Source: an uncultured Elusimicrobia bacterium
Lineage (GTDB): Bacteria; Elusimicrobiota; Elusimicrobia; 2-01-FULL-59-12
DNA length: 64,000 nt
Direction: 5' to 3'
Assembly (NCBI GenBank): GCA_963702895.1
Contig: OY969767.1
Span: 640,001 to 704,000, forward strand
Positions within the stretch are counted from its first letter, which is position 1, and every line of letters starts with the position of its first letter. Shown one piece after another: positions 39,874 to 50,070 of this stretch. Made by a program: the position numbers and the translations under genes. The notes beneath the pieces are model-generated. The model saw only the letters and a list, made by a program, of their open reading frames with translations, searched no databases and was not told the DNA's origin.

Positions 39874-40791
39874 ATGCTCAAAACTCTTTTCCTGGGCACC
39901 CCGGCCCTGGCCGTTCCGTTCCTCGAACGTCTGCATCAGTTGACGTCCATTCAAGCTGTCATCACGTCGCCAGACCAGCCGGCGGGAAGGGGCTATGAGC
40001 TCCAAGCACCACCGGTGAAGCTCGCGGCCCAGAAGCTGTCTCTTCCTGTTTGGCAGCCGGACAAGCTCAAAGACCCTTCGGTGGTGGATCGATTTCAGTC
40101 GTTTGGAGTGGATGTCGGTATCGTGGTGGCCTATGGGAAACTCATTCCCAAAAGCATCCTTTCCATCCCCAAGCACGGTTTCCTGAATGTTCATTTTTCA
40201 CTCCTCCCGAAATACCGGGGGGCCGCTCCGATACAGTGGACCCTGGTCAACGGGGAGACCGAAACGGGTGTGACCCTGTTTTGGTTGGATGAAGGGATGG
40301 ACACGGGGCCGACCTTTCTGCAAAAAAAAGAGACGATCCTCCCCGAAGACAGCGCTGAATCTCTCAGGAACAAATTGGTGGCCTCGGGCGTTGCATCCCT
40401 TACGGAAGCCTTGGCTCTTCTTGAGAGAGGAGAGATCAAACGCGTGCCGCAGACAGGGCCCGCGAGCCTTGCACCACTTCTGAAGAAAGAAGATGGCCTT
40501 CTGGACTGGTCCAAAGCGGCGCAGGCCATCGCTGACCAGATTCGCGGTCTCACACCCTGGCCAGGCGTTTATGTGCCTGGCCTCAAGATACTCAAAGCCA
40601 GAGCGCTTTCGGATTCGGCGCAGGGCGATCCGGGTACAGTCGTGAGCCTTGTTCCAGGAGAAGGGCCCGTTGTAAGATGTGGGGAAGGCGGTCTCCTGAT
40701 TCTCGAGGTTCAGCCGGAGGGGAAAAAGGCCATGGGGGCCTGGAGCTGGTGGCAAGGGGCTCGATTAAAAATAGCCGATAAGATAAGGTGA
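39874..40791 (+). CDS. fmt: Methionyl-tRNA formyltransferase
   Basis: FLGTP, VVAYG, NVHFSLLPKYRGAAPIQ, MDTG. Confidence 0.97.
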   Translation: MLKTLFLGTPALAVPFLERLHQLTSIQAVITSPDQPAGRGYELQAPPVKLAAQKLSLPVWQPDKLKDPSVVDRFQSFGVDVGIVVAYGKLIPKSILSIPKHGFLNVHFSLLPKYRGAAPIQWTLVNGETETGVTLFWLDEGMDTGPTFLQKKETILPEDSAESLRNKLVASGVASLTEALALLERGEIKRVPQTGPASLAPLLKKEDGLLDWSKAAQAIADQIRGLTPWPGVYVPGLKILKARALSDSAQGDPGTVVSLVPGEGPVVRCGEGGLLILEVQPEGKKAMGAWSWWQGARLKIADKIR

Positions 40792-40795
40792 TTTT

Positions 40796-41680
40796 ATGAA
40801 TAGCTTAAAAACATTTTTGCTCATGGTGGGTCTTGTGGCGCTCTTTCTTTTCATCGGGAAGGCGCTCGGAGGGCAGATCGGCATGGTCTACGCGTTTATG
40901 CTGGCCTGCGTGATGAACTTATTTTCCTACTGGTTTTCTGACAAGCTGGTGCTGGCCCTGTATCGGGCGAAACCCGTTCCGGAGACCGATGACACGGGCC
41001 TCGTTCGTACGGTCAGGCGCCTCGCTCAGAAGGCCAGCATCCCCATGCCCAAGGTCTATCTGATCAAATCCCCTGTTCCGAATGCTTTTGCCACGGGACG
41101 CAACCCCCAGCACGCGGCGATCGCCGCTACGACGGGGATTGTGGAGGCCCTCTCGGAGAGAGAGCTCGAAGGCGTTCTGGCGCATGAGCTCTCCCATGTG
41201 ATCCATCGAGATATCTTGATTTCAACTGTGGCGGCCACGCTGGCGGGGGCGATCATGCTGCTCCGGCAAATGGCCTGGTGGGGTTCGATGTTCGGTGGCA
41301 TGCGGCGTGACCGTGATGAGCATGGCGGGGGACTGGAGCTCCTGGTGGCGATGATCGTCGCGCCTCTGGCGGCGACGCTCATCCAGCTGGCGATTTCAAG
41401 AAGCCGTGAGTATGATGCGGACAAAGGCGGCGCTGAACTGACGGGAGATCCTCTGAGCCTGGCAAGCGCTCTCTCCAAGATCTCGGCGGGCAATGCTCAT
41501 GCGCGCGTGCCGCTCACGGACAATCCGGCGACGGCCCACCTGTTCATTTGCAACCCTCTCAAAGGTCAGGGACTGGCTTCCCTCTTTTCGACCCATCCAC
41601 CGACGGCGGAGCGAATCAAACGCCTGGAGAGCTTGGCGGGCGTCGTCACCTCTTATAAGACACCGAAGCTGATCTACTGA
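40796..41680 (+). CDS. htpX: Zn metalloprotease HtpX
   Basis: PNAFATGRNP, AHELSH, SRSREYDAD, FSTHPP. Confidence 0.95.
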   Translation: MNSLKTFLLMVGLVALFLFIGKALGGQIGMVYAFMLACVMNLFSYWFSDKLVLALYRAKPVPETDDTGLVRTVRRLAQKASIPMPKVYLIKSPVPNAFATGRNPQHAAIAATTGIVEALSERELEGVLAHELSHVIHRDILISTVAATLAGAIMLLRQMAWWGSMFGGMRRDRDEHGGGLELLVAMIVAPLAATLIQLAISRSREYDADKGGAELTGDPLSLASALSKISAGNAHARVPLTDNPATAHLFICNPLKGQGLASLFSTHPPTAERIKRLESLAGVVTSYKTPKLIY

Positions 41681-41713
41681 GCATCGCCACAGGACTCTTA
41701 ACCCGGCACCGAC

Positions 41714-42757
41714 GTGTCCACCTCAATTCATCGTAAGACCTTTCTCGACGTCCCCGGAGAGGCGCTTTTTGATTTCTTAAAGGCGCACGGACAGGCTGCG
41801 TTTCGGGCGAAGCAGATCTACGAGTGGTTTTTCCGGCGCGGCGCGGCAAGTTTTGAAGCCATGTCTGATCTTCCCGCTTCCCTTCGCGCCGCGCTGGGCG
41901 AACGCTTCCTCCTTCACCCCTTGCGCATCAGGCGAAAGGAGGAGTCGCGCCAAGACGGCACCGTACGGTACTACTTTGAAGCCCAGGACCATTCCACCGT
42001 CTCAACCGTTTATCTTCCCGAGGATGACCGACGGTCCCTCTGTCTTTCCACCCAGGTGGGTTGTGCCTACCGATGTCAGTTCTGCGCCTCCGGTCTTGTG
42101 CCTTTCAAGCGGCAGCTCAGTGCCGCGGAGATCATCGACCAAATCCTTTGGATTACCCAGGACAGTGGCCGGGTCCCCACCAACCTTCTCTTCATGGGGA
42201 TGGGCGAGCCACTCGCGAACTATACCCAAGTCGTCCAGGCGGTCCGGTGGATCACGTCCCCAGTGGGGCTCGGAATGAGCCCTTCCCGCATCACGCTCTC
42301 GACGTCCGGCCTCACCCCGCAGATCCTCAAATTGGCGGACGATCAAATCAAAGTGAAGCTCGCGATTTCTTTGCACGCCGTGCGGGACGATCTGCGGCTC
42401 AAGCTCATGCCCGTTTCCGGGAAGTTTCACGTGCGGCAGCTCATCAAAGCAGCCAAGTATTACGCCGCCAAGACCAAGGCCCCCGTCACTTTCGAATACA
42501 TCCTGCTGGACAAGGTCAACGATTTCGAGATGGACGCCAATCGCCTCGCCTATCTCATCAAGGGATTCCCGCACATGGTCAATCTCATCCCTTACAATCC
42601 CGTCGCTGGATTTTCGTATGACCGGCCGTCGATGACGTCGGTGCTGCGCTTCCAGCAGTGGCTCAAAGTCCGCGGCGTTCCGGTCTTCATCCGCAAACCC
42701 AAAGGGCTTGACATCGGATCGGCTTGCGGACAGCTGGGCGCCGCCCGCCCTTCCTGA
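41714..42757 (+). CDS. rlmN: 23S rRNA m2A2503 methyltransferase
   Basis: STQVGC...CQFC, FMGMGEP, ISLHA, ACGQL. Confidence 0.95.
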   Translation: MSTSIHRKTFLDVPGEALFDFLKAHGQAAFRAKQIYEWFFRRGAASFEAMSDLPASLRAALGERFLLHPLRIRRKEESRQDGTVRYYFEAQDHSTVSTVYLPEDDRRSLCLSTQVGCAYRCQFCASGLVPFKRQLSAAEIIDQILWITQDSGRVPTNLLFMGMGEPLANYTQVVQAVRWITSPVGLGMSPSRITLSTSGLTPQILKLADDQIKVKLAISLHAVRDDLRLKLMPVSGKFHVRQLIKAAKYYAAKTKAPVTFEYILLDKVNDFEMDANRLAYLIKGFPHMVNLIPYNPVAGFSYDRPSMTSVLRFQQWLKVRGVPVFIRKPKGLDIGSACGQLGAARPS

Positions 42758-43334
42758 TGCCATAGATGTTGTCCCCTCGAGCATCGAAGCAGTAAATCAT
42801 TAGGACGGTGGCCATTTTCCCCGGGAGAAGGAGTCCGCTCGCTCCGGCGAAATTTCTCCCTCCAATGTCCAGGCTGCAGAGGGCCGGCGTTTCGGCTTCG
42901 GCCAGCCTGCGGAACTCGGGCCTTTCCCACGAACATCAGAAGGAAGCCCTCGGACAGTCCTCGGCTGGGCACGCCCTCGCCGAAACGCCTGAAATTTCGA
43001 GTTGCTCGCCAGACTCCTTCTCCAGGGAAAGAGGATCCAACCATCGAAATCGTTAAGACTGCTTGCTGTGGGGGAGGGAGGCAGCGAGCGACTCGCGTAC
43101 GGCGGCTGGGTGGCGAGAGCGTCCAGCCGAGGATGTGTGAGCCTCGTCCTCTGATGGAAGGGAAAGAGGCGAGTTCCGCAGGCTGCTCGAGCCGCCCAGC
43201 CGGGGTGTCCGGGAGCGCTGGAGCGAGTCGCCTCCCTCCCCCACGGCGATGACTCCCCCAAAAAACATTTATCTCCTTTTGAGCATAAGAGGGCTTAACG
43301 GGAGGATGGGGGGTGACGTATAATACGAGCCGGC

Positions 43335-44282
43335 ATGAAAGAAAAGGTCCTTCCCTCACTGGCGCTTCTGGCCGCACTCACGGTTGGCTATCTCTCTTTT
43401 GACTGGGCCGTAGGAGCCATCATCCATAGCCGCAAGGTGGTGGCCGTGCCGGACCTTTCTGCCAAGTCTGTTCATGACGCTTTGAATCTCCTGGCGCCGC
43501 TGGGGCTTGGCCTGGAAAAGGACGGGGAACAGTTTGATAAACGTTTTCCGGCTGGCGCCATCGTTCACCAAACACCTTCCGCGGGGATGCAGGTGCGTGA
43601 AGGACGCATCATTCGGGTCACCTTGAGCCAGGGCGGCGAGACCCTGTTTGTTCCCAATCTGGTGAGTCAACCGCTTCGAAATGCGCAAACGACGCTGCAA
43701 AACATGGGTCTGAGCATCGGCGAGGTGGAGCACAGACCCTCTCTCAAGTTCAACAAAGACCTGGTGATGACGACGGATCCTCCTTCAGGCGCCATCATCT
43801 CCAAGAATGGCCTGGTGAACCTCGTCATCTCCGACGGGCCCCCGGGCTCGGATGTGTTGCTGATGCCGGATTTTTTGGGCGGGTCCGTCAACTCAGCGAA
43901 AGCTTGGGCGGACGAGCACCTGATCAGCGTATCGATCAAGGAGGAAACGGATATCAGCAAAGCCGAGGGAGAAGTCTTGATGCAGTCACCCTCCGCGGAT
44001 GTTCCGGTTCGTCCTACGGATCTTTTGACGCTGGTGGTCAACCGGCCCGGATTCTCCAACCCGGACGCAGGGGAAGGCGTTCGAATTTATTATGAAATCC
44101 CGCAAGGCGCGAGCGACCGTGATGTCCGCATCACGATCCTCGATGAAGCGGGGGAACGCGAAGTATTCCGCCATTCCCAGGCGCCCGGGTCGAAAGTGGA
44201 CATACGCGTCCAGCCCAAGGGCCATGCCCGCGCCCGCATCTTTGTAAATGGCGTGGTGGTTGAAGAAAAGACCTTACGATGA
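43335..44282 (+). CDS. PASTA-domain protein
   Basis: N-terminal TM and three VP(D/N)L or MPDF repeats. Confidence 0.85.
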   Translation: MKEKVLPSLALLAALTVGYLSFDWAVGAIIHSRKVVAVPDLSAKSVHDALNLLAPLGLGLEKDGEQFDKRFPAGAIVHQTPSAGMQVREGRIIRVTLSQGGETLFVPNLVSQPLRNAQTTLQNMGLSIGEVEHRPSLKFNKDLVMTTDPPSGAIISKNGLVNLVISDGPPGSDVLLMPDFLGGSVNSAKAWADEHLISVSIKEETDISKAEGEVLMQSPSADVPVRPTDLLTLVVNRPGFSNPDAGEGVRIYYEIPQGASDRDVRITILDEAGEREVFRHSQAPGSKVDIRVQPKGHARARIFVNGVVVEEKTLR

Positions 44283-44947
44283 AGACTTCTCTCAAACGCC
44301 GCATTGTGCCATCGGTCCTGTCCGCCAACTTCGCCTATTTGGCACGTGATATTGAGCTGATTCAGAAAGCGGGCGCGGAGTCTGTCCAGATCGATGTGAT
44401 GGATGGACATTTTGTTCCTAATATCACCGTGGGACCTGTCGTGGTCGAATGGCTCAGGAAGGAAAGCTCCATTTTTCTTGATGTCCATCTCATGATCGAA
44501 AACCCCCTCCAATTTCTTGAAACCTTCGCGAAGGCCGGAGCAAACCTCTTGACAGTCCATTGGGAGGCTTGCCGGGACCCCCAAGAGGCTCTCCGCGCGG
44601 TCAAGAAACTTGGGGTCAAGGTCGGCATGGCCATTAGGCCCAAGACGCCTGCCGATGTCCTCTTTCCGCTCCTGGATCAGCTGGATTATGCGCTTGTGAT
44701 GACCGTGGAGCCCGGTTTTGGTGGCCAATCCTTCATGCCGGACATGCTGGGTAAGGTCAGGGTGCTACGGGAGCGCTTGGATCAGAGCAGGAAAGCCTGC
44801 GAGCTGCAGGTGGATGGCGGCATCAACCTCAAAACGGTACAGATGGCCGCCGAGGCGGGGGCGACGTCCCTCGTGGCAGGCAGTGCCGTGTTTGGGTGTC
44901 CCGATCCGGTCAAGGCCTTTCGAGAGATCCAAAAATTGGTACAATGA
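44279..44947 (+). CDS. rpe: Ribulose-phosphate 3-epimerase
   Basis: DVMDGHFVPN, DVHLM, MTVEPGFGGQ, VDGG. Confidence 0.97.
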   Translation: MKTSLKRRIVPSVLSANFAYLARDIELIQKAGAESVQIDVMDGHFVPNITVGPVVVEWLRKESSIFLDVHLMIENPLQFLETFAKAGANLLTVHWEACRDPQEALRAVKKLGVKVGMAIRPKTPADVLFPLLDQLDYALVMTVEPGFGGQSFMPDMLGKVRVLRERLDQSRKACELQVDGGINLKTVQMAAEAGATSLVAGSAVFGCPDPVKAFREIQKLVQ

Positions 44948-44954
44948 CGCGCTT

Positions 44955-45209
44955 ATGGTGAGAATACGTTTTCAACGTGAAGGCAAGCCAGGTCAGGCCC
45001 ATTACCGCCTTGTCGCGATCGATCGTGCGGCGAAACGTGATGGCCGTCCTGTCGAAACGCTGGGCTATTACAACCCACGGCTCGAAAAAGACAAGCTTAC
45101 GATCAATGAAGTGCGGGTCAAGCACTGGTATGAAAAGGGCGCCATCCCGACTGATACGGTCAGAACGCTGCTTGTCGCGTCCGGCGCCTGGCAGCGGATC
45201 GCCTCCTAG
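44955..45209 (+). CDS. rpsP: 30S ribosomal protein S16
   Basis: MVRIRFQREGK...YRLV...RDGR..E.LGYYNP...GAIPTDTV. Confidence 0.93.
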   Translation: MVRIRFQREGKPGQAHYRLVAIDRAAKRDGRPVETLGYYNPRLEKDKLTINEVRVKHWYEKGAIPTDTVRTLLVASGAWQRIAS

Positions 45210-45240
45210 AACTCATCCCAAAAAAGAACATCTTCAGCGC

Positions 45241-45951
45241 CTGGACATCGTCACTTTATTTCCAGGGATGTTCGATGGGCCGATGACGGAGAGCCTTTTG
45301 GGGCGCGCCCGGGCGCGCGGCCTGGTGGACCTGAGGGTCCACAACCTCCGAGACTGGGCTGCGGATGAGCGCCATCGGACAGTCGATGACCGGCCCTACG
45401 GCGGCGGTCCGGGCATGGTGATCCAGGCCGAACCGATTTTTAAGGCTCTAAAGGCCATTCGGACCGAAGGAGCCAAGGTCTTTGGAAAGAAGCGCAAGCC
45501 CTATGTCGTTTATCTGTCGCCCCAGGGCAAGGTGCTCACGCAAGCTTGCGCAGCCAGTCTCTCGGTCGAGCCTTGGATTGTGCTTTTGTGCGGGCACTAT
45601 GAAGGCGTTGACGAAAGGGCGATGGCGCTCGTCGATGAAGAAATCTCGATTGGCGATTACGTTTTAACAGGCGGGGAAATCCCTGCGATGGTGCTGGCCG
45701 ATGCCGTGGTGCGCCTGGTGCCCGGTGTCGTCAAAGAGGCCGGTTCTTTACAAGAGGAGTCGTTTCAGAACGGGCGTCTGGATTATCCGCACTACACGCG
45801 CCCGGCCGTTTGGAAGGGCGTCCCAGTACCGCACGTGCTTTTGTCAGGCGATCACGCGGCGATCCGAGCGTGGCGCCTCCAGCAGGCGGAACTTGCGACC
45901 CGAAACAAGAGGCCCGATTTAGTTCGAGTCACGTTAAGGAGAAAGTCATGA
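45241..45951 (+). CDS. trmD: tRNA (guanine37-N1)-methyltransferase; start codon uncertain
   Basis: [53 protein letters not shown]. Confidence 0.92.
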   Translation: MDIVTLFPGMFDGPMTESLLGRARARGLVDLRVHNLRDWAADERHRTVDDRPYGGGPGMVIQAEPIFKALKAIRTEGAKVFGKKRKPYVVYLSPQGKVLTQACAASLSVEPWIVLLCGHYEGVDERAMALVDEEISIGDYVLTGGEIPAMVLADAVVRLVPGVVKEAGSLQEESFQNGRLDYPHYTRPAVWKGVPVPHVLLSGDHAAIRAWRLQQAELATRNKRPDLVRVTLRRKS

Positions 45952-46379
45952 AAGTCACCATCGATTCCGTTGAACAGTCTTTCCTGAAGAAAAATATCCC
46001 GACTTTTCGTGTCGGTGACCACGTGCGCGTCACCCTCAAGATCGTCGAAGGCGAAAGCGAGCGCCTCCAGGCTTTTGAGGGAACGGTCATTCGCCTGCGC
46101 GGCCATGGCTTGTCCGCGATGTTTACGGTTCGAAAAATCTCCTTTGGTGTGGGCGTCGAACGAACGCTTCCGCTTCACTCCCCGCGCATCGAAAAGCTCG
46201 AAGTTCTCCGCTCAGGGCACGTCCGGCGCTCGCGGCTCTACTTCCTCCGAGACCGAACGGGCAAGGCGGCGCGCTTGGATGAGAAATCGGACCGCCGGGA
46301 GGAGAATGTTCCTGTCGTCCCAACGCCACCCTTGGCCAAGGCCCCCGTTTCGGCCACGGCTCCCGTCGCGCGACCTTAA
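45948..46379 (+). CDS. rplS: 50S ribosomal protein L19
   Basis: FRVGDHVRV...ERLQAFEG...[14 protein letters not shown]...[10 protein letters not shown]. Confidence 0.97.
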   Translation: MKVTIDSVEQSFLKKNIPTFRVGDHVRVTLKIVEGESERLQAFEGTVIRLRGHGLSAMFTVRKISFGVGVERTLPLHSPRIEKLEVLRSGHVRRSRLYFLRDRTGKAARLDEKSDRREENVPVVPTPPLAKAPVSATAPVARP

Positions 46380-46382
46380 ACC

Positions 46383-47030
46383 ATGGCAGTTCGCCGAAAG
46401 AATCGGCGATCCATCAGCCTCTTTCGTTTTGACCAACCCTATTTAAAGCGGCACGGCCTCATCGCCGGCGTCGATGAAGCGGGTCGTGGTCCCTTGGCTG
46501 GACCGGTGGTGGCCGGGGCCGTCATCCTCCCTTCCACTTGGCGGCACTCCTTGCTTGACGATAGTAAAAAGCTCTCTGCCCAAACACGGGAATCCATTTT
46601 TTCGGAGCTTCAAGCGCAGGCGCTCGCGATCGGGGTCGGGATTGTGGAAGCGCACGAGATCGACCGACTCAATATCCGACAAGCGAGTTTTGTCGCGATG
46701 CGGCGCGCGCTCTCGCGCCTCCAGGTGAGGCCCTCCTATGCGCTCGTCGATGGATTTCGCATTCCGGACTGTGTTCTGCCTCATGCCGGCATCGTTCAGG
46801 GCGATGCTCAAAGCGCCCATATCGCCGCGGCCTCTGTCATCGCGAAGGTGACCCGGGACCGGCTCATGGACCTCTGGCACCAAAAGTATCCCGCATACGG
46901 CTTTTGCCGCCATAAAGGGTACGGAACTCCCGAGCACTTGGCCGCTCTTTCCCGCCACGGCCCCTCTCCCATACATAGGAGATCCTTTGCTCCGGTTGCT
47001 TTGGCTGATAGGACGTTGGTAGAGGGTTAG
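46383..47030 (+). CDS. rnhB: Ribonuclease HII
   Basis: GVDEAGRGPLAGPV, DSKKL, AAASVIAKVTRD, HKGYGT. Confidence 0.97.
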   Translation: MAVRRKNRRSISLFRFDQPYLKRHGLIAGVDEAGRGPLAGPVVAGAVILPSTWRHSLLDDSKKLSAQTRESIFSELQAQALAIGVGIVEAHEIDRLNIRQASFVAMRRALSRLQVRPSYALVDGFRIPDCVLPHAGIVQGDAQSAHIAAASVIAKVTRDRLMDLWHQKYPAYGFCRHKGYGTPEHLAALSRHGPSPIHRRSFAPVALADRTLVEG

Positions 47031-47341
47031 GCCGCTTTCTTAAGGGGGGCTGGCTTATCTTGGGTGATCATCATTTTCATCCCCAGAGAACGAACAAGTT
47101 GCCTAAGATTTTCGAAGCGTGGGTTTCCATTCTTTGAAAGCATTCGAAAGAGATGTTCTCTGCTCACATCGGCCTTCCTGGCTAGCCTGCGAATGCCGCC
47201 ATGGGCCTCGGCCACATGCCGTAAAGCCAGCAAAAAAACACCATCGTCATCATCCTCAAGACAGGCATTCAGGTAGTCCAGAGCGTATTTTGGGTCTTTC
47301 AGCCGTTCCATGAGGTCCTGATGATAATGTGATCGCTTCAT
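47027..47341 (-). CDS. Addiction-module antidote (HTH, HI1420-like)
   Basis: YLNACLED...FLLALRHVAEAHGG..LA...SREHLFRMLS..GNP.F. Confidence 0.85.
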   Translation of the reverse strand: MKRSHYHQDLMERLKDPKYALDYLNACLEDDDDGVFLLALRHVAEAHGGIRRLARKADVSREHLFRMLSKNGNPRFENLRQLVRSLGMKMMITQDKPAPLKKAA

Positions 47342-47676
47342 GACGCTTGTCTCCTTAAGTGGCATTCCCAGAAAGACTTCGCCAAGAGGATGTCTTTGCT
47401 CTGCGTGCTCTTGTCGCCGCCGAGGAGGAGCAAGAGAACAGTTTTTCCTTCTTGGCCAAAATAGATCCTATATCCCGGTCCGATATGGATTCGCAATTCA
47501 TAAACACCCGCGCCGACGCTTGAACAATCACCTAGAAGTCCTCGCTCGATACGCGTAAGACGCTTGTCTATCGCTACTCTTGCGGCTGTGTCTTTTAAGC
47601 GATTGAACCAGACGCGATACGGATAGCTGCCATCCGGTGCCTGAAAGTAGTCGATGAACCGCGGGGCAACCTCCAC
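47338..47676 (-). CDS. Addiction-module killer, RelE/HigB-like (HI1419-like)
   Basis: GDCSSVGAGVYELRIHIGPGYRIYF...LLLGGDKSTQSKDI. Confidence 0.88.
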   Translation of the reverse strand: MEVAPRFIDYFQAPDGSYPYRVWFNRLKDTAARVAIDKRLTRIERGLLGDCSSVGAGVYELRIHIGPGYRIYFGQEGKTVLLLLLGGDKSTQSKDILLAKSFWECHLRRQAS

Positions 47677-47733
47677 GCCTGCCTCCTTGATAGTAACACA
47701 TAAGCTACTGACCGACCAAGCGGCCTCCTATCC

Positions 47734-47816
47734 TTAGATGCGAAAGTGGACGATTTATTCATGGATCATGAAGATCGCCGTCGAAGAATGAATAAAAATC
47801 CAACTTTTGCATCTAA
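47734..47816. promoter_or_regulatory. Divergent pair of TGAATA-N14-GCATCTAA motifs (47734-61 minus; 47789-816 plus)
   Basis: Two exact copies back to back, facing the TA pair and yraN. Confidence 0.7.
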
Positions 47817-47821
47817 GGGAT

Positions 47822-48184
47822 ATGGACACCCTAGCGCTTGGCTTATGGGGGGAACGGGAAGCCGCCCGCTATTTGAAAGCGCGTGGCCTTGCGGTGCTGG
47901 AGCATCACTATCGCCAAAAGTGGGGGGAGATTGATCTCGTCTGCAAGGATCGTGACACCTGGGTCTTTGTCGAAGTCAAAACGAGGTCCAAACTCTATGA
48001 GCCTGGGGCCTTAGGCGCCATTGGCCAGGCCAAACGCCAGAAGCTTGCCCGCACGGCCATGAGCTATATGAAGTCTCAGCGAATCGAAGGACAGGCGATG
48101 CGTTTTGATGTTGTTGTGATTGAGGACGGTGAAATGGAATGGATTCAAAATGCTTTTGAACTCCCATCGCGCTATACCTGCTGA
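47822..48184 (+). CDS. yraN: YraN family nuclease
   Basis: G..GE..A..YL..G, GEIDLV, VFVEVKTR, RFDVV. Confidence 0.92.
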   Translation: MDTLALGLWGEREAARYLKARGLAVLEHHYRQKWGEIDLVCKDRDTWVFVEVKTRSKLYEPGALGAIGQAKRQKLARTAMSYMKSQRIEGQAMRFDVVVIEDGEMEWIQNAFELPSRYTC

Positions 48185-48201
48185 ACAGAAGGAGGCTAGG
48201 T

Positions 48202-49734
48202 GTGATCGCTAAAGTTGACACCTTGTGCTTGTCTGGCGTGGAGGCGGCTCCTGTGCAGGTGGAGGTGAGCCTCGCGAAGGGGTTCCCGACGTTTTCCATC
48301 GTCGGGCTGCCGGACGCGTCCGTCCGCGAGGCGAAGGACAGGGTGGTGGCCGCGATCCGGAATTCCGGTTTTAGTTTTCCCTCTCGGCGCGTGACGGTGA
48401 ACCTTGCTCCGGCGGATGTCCGAAAGGAAGGCGCGAGTTTTGATCTGGCGATTGCCGTGGGGATCCTCACCGCCTCGGAAGCCATTGTCCTGAAGCGTTG
48501 GCCGCGGTGCTACTGGCTGGGGGAGCTCGCGCTCGACGGCTCCATTCGCGCTGTTCGCGGGGTGCTTCCGATGGGGAGAAGCCTTTCCCGGCATCCCGGA
48601 GCGGCCTTGGCGCTTCCGCAGGGCAACCTGACGGAGGTGAGCTGCTTGCCGGGCCTCAAGCTCTTTCCCTTCCAGCGCTTAACGGAGGTCGTGAACTGGC
48701 TGCAGGCCGAAGGGGATCCTCAAGCCCTTCGCCATGAGCCCGCCTGGACGCCCGCGGAACAGACCGCTCTCGTCGATTTGGCGGATGTCAAAGGCCAACG
48801 GATGGCCAAGCGGGCCCTCGAAATTGCCGCTGCGGGACGGCACCACATGCTCATGCTGGGAGCTCCCGGAACGGGGAAGTCCATGCTGGCGCAGGCCTTG
48901 CCCGGGATTCTTCCTTCCTGGACGCTCCAGGAGGCGCTGGACGCGACGCAGGTCTATTCCGCGGCAGGACAGATCGTGGGCACAGGCCTCATCAGCTCCC
49001 GGCCTTTTCGAAGCCCGCACCACACCGTTTCGACCGTCGCCCTCCTGGGGGGTGGCGATATTCCTGGTCCGGGCGAAATATCACTCGCCCATCGCGGGGT
49101 TCTGTTTATGGACGAGCTTCCAGAGTTTCGTCGTGATGCCCTGGAGGCGCTTCGGCAACCCCTGGAACAAGGGGTCATCCAGATCCAGCGGGCCCGCGGT
49201 CGCGCCAAATTTCCAGCTGATTTCCTGATGATTGGAGCGATGAACCCCTGTCCCTGCGGTTACCTCGGACACCCCAAGCGGGAATGCGAGTGCAACCCCT
49301 ACCGCATCCAGCGCTATATGGGGAAAGTGTCCGGCCCGGTTCTCGACCGAATGGACCTTCATGTGGAGCTTCCCGCTCTCAAAGTGGAAGAGCTCTTTGA
49401 ATCCACCGTCCACGCGGAATCTTCGGTCCATGTTCGAGAGCGTGTGCAGCGGGCGCGCCTCATTCAGGAAGAGCGCTACCAGCATTTCCGAGGCCGACCG
49501 CGTGACAACGCGCATCTTCAGCCCAAGGAGCTGCCGCGCTATTGCGCCCTTTCCTCCGACGGAGAATCGATCCTCAAGGCGGCTGTCGAACACCTGGGGC
49601 TTTCCGCGCGGGCCTTTGACCGGATCAAAAAAGTGTCCAGGACCATCGCTGACCTCGAAGGGGGACAAACGATCGAAGCTCGGCATATCGCGGAGGCGAT
49701 TCAGTACCGATGCCTGGACCGCCATCGCAGCTAA
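48202..49734 (+). CDS. comM: ComM/YifB Mg-chelatase-like AAA+ ATPase
   Basis: VGLPD..VRE, NLAPAD, GELALDG, GAPGTGKS, FRSPHH, AMNPCPCG. Confidence 0.95.
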   Translation: MIAKVDTLCLSGVEAAPVQVEVSLAKGFPTFSIVGLPDASVREAKDRVVAAIRNSGFSFPSRRVTVNLAPADVRKEGASFDLAIAVGILTASEAIVLKRWPRCYWLGELALDGSIRAVRGVLPMGRSLSRHPGAALALPQGNLTEVSCLPGLKLFPFQRLTEVVNWLQAEGDPQALRHEPAWTPAEQTALVDLADVKGQRMAKRALEIAAAGRHHMLMLGAPGTGKSMLAQALPGILPSWTLQEALDATQVYSAAGQIVGTGLISSRPFRSPHHTVSTVALLGGGDIPGPGEISLAHRGVLFMDELPEFRRDALEALRQPLEQGVIQIQRARGRAKFPADFLMIGAMNPCPCGYLGHPKRECECNPYRIQRYMGKVSGPVLDRMDLHVELPALKVEELFESTVHAESSVHVRERVQRARLIQEERYQHFRGRPRDNAHLQPKELPRYCALSSDGESILKAAVEHLGLSARAFDRIKKVSRTIADLEGGQTIEARHIAEAIQYRCLDRHRS

Positions 49735-49927
49735 CCGGGAATCTCCGGTTCTATGTAACCCCCTCGCCCGCGGAACGCGGGAGAGGGCGGGGGTGAGGGC
49801 AGGTTTACGTCGGAAGATGAGGTTGTGCCCTCACCCTTCACCCTCTCCCACCTGGCGGCGGGAGAGGGGATTCATAAGTGCAACTGGCTCAGACGGACGG
49901 GACCGCTCTGCTGAAGATTCCGGGCTC
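49732..49927. mobile_element. Uninterrupted MITE-like repeat (TA-ACCGGGAATCT...AGATTCCGGGC); empty-site analogue for IS copy 1
   Basis: Homologous to 5878-5890 joined to 7235-7569. Confidence 0.75.
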
Positions 49928-50070
49928 ATGAACTTGACTCTGCGTCATGGCCGTGGCGCTGACCGGCGATCCATCAGAACCATAAAAAAGAGGGATTCTC
50001 CGACAGAAATATCCGGGGATGACGGCATGGCAGAAATAAATATCAATTGACAAACCGGAGGTGATCGACT

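Noticed and set aside
42787..43245. RNase P RNA, tmRNA or riboswitch
   Set aside because: I found no GAGGAAAGTCC-type or tRNA-like end motifs on either strand; it reads as long simple hairpins.
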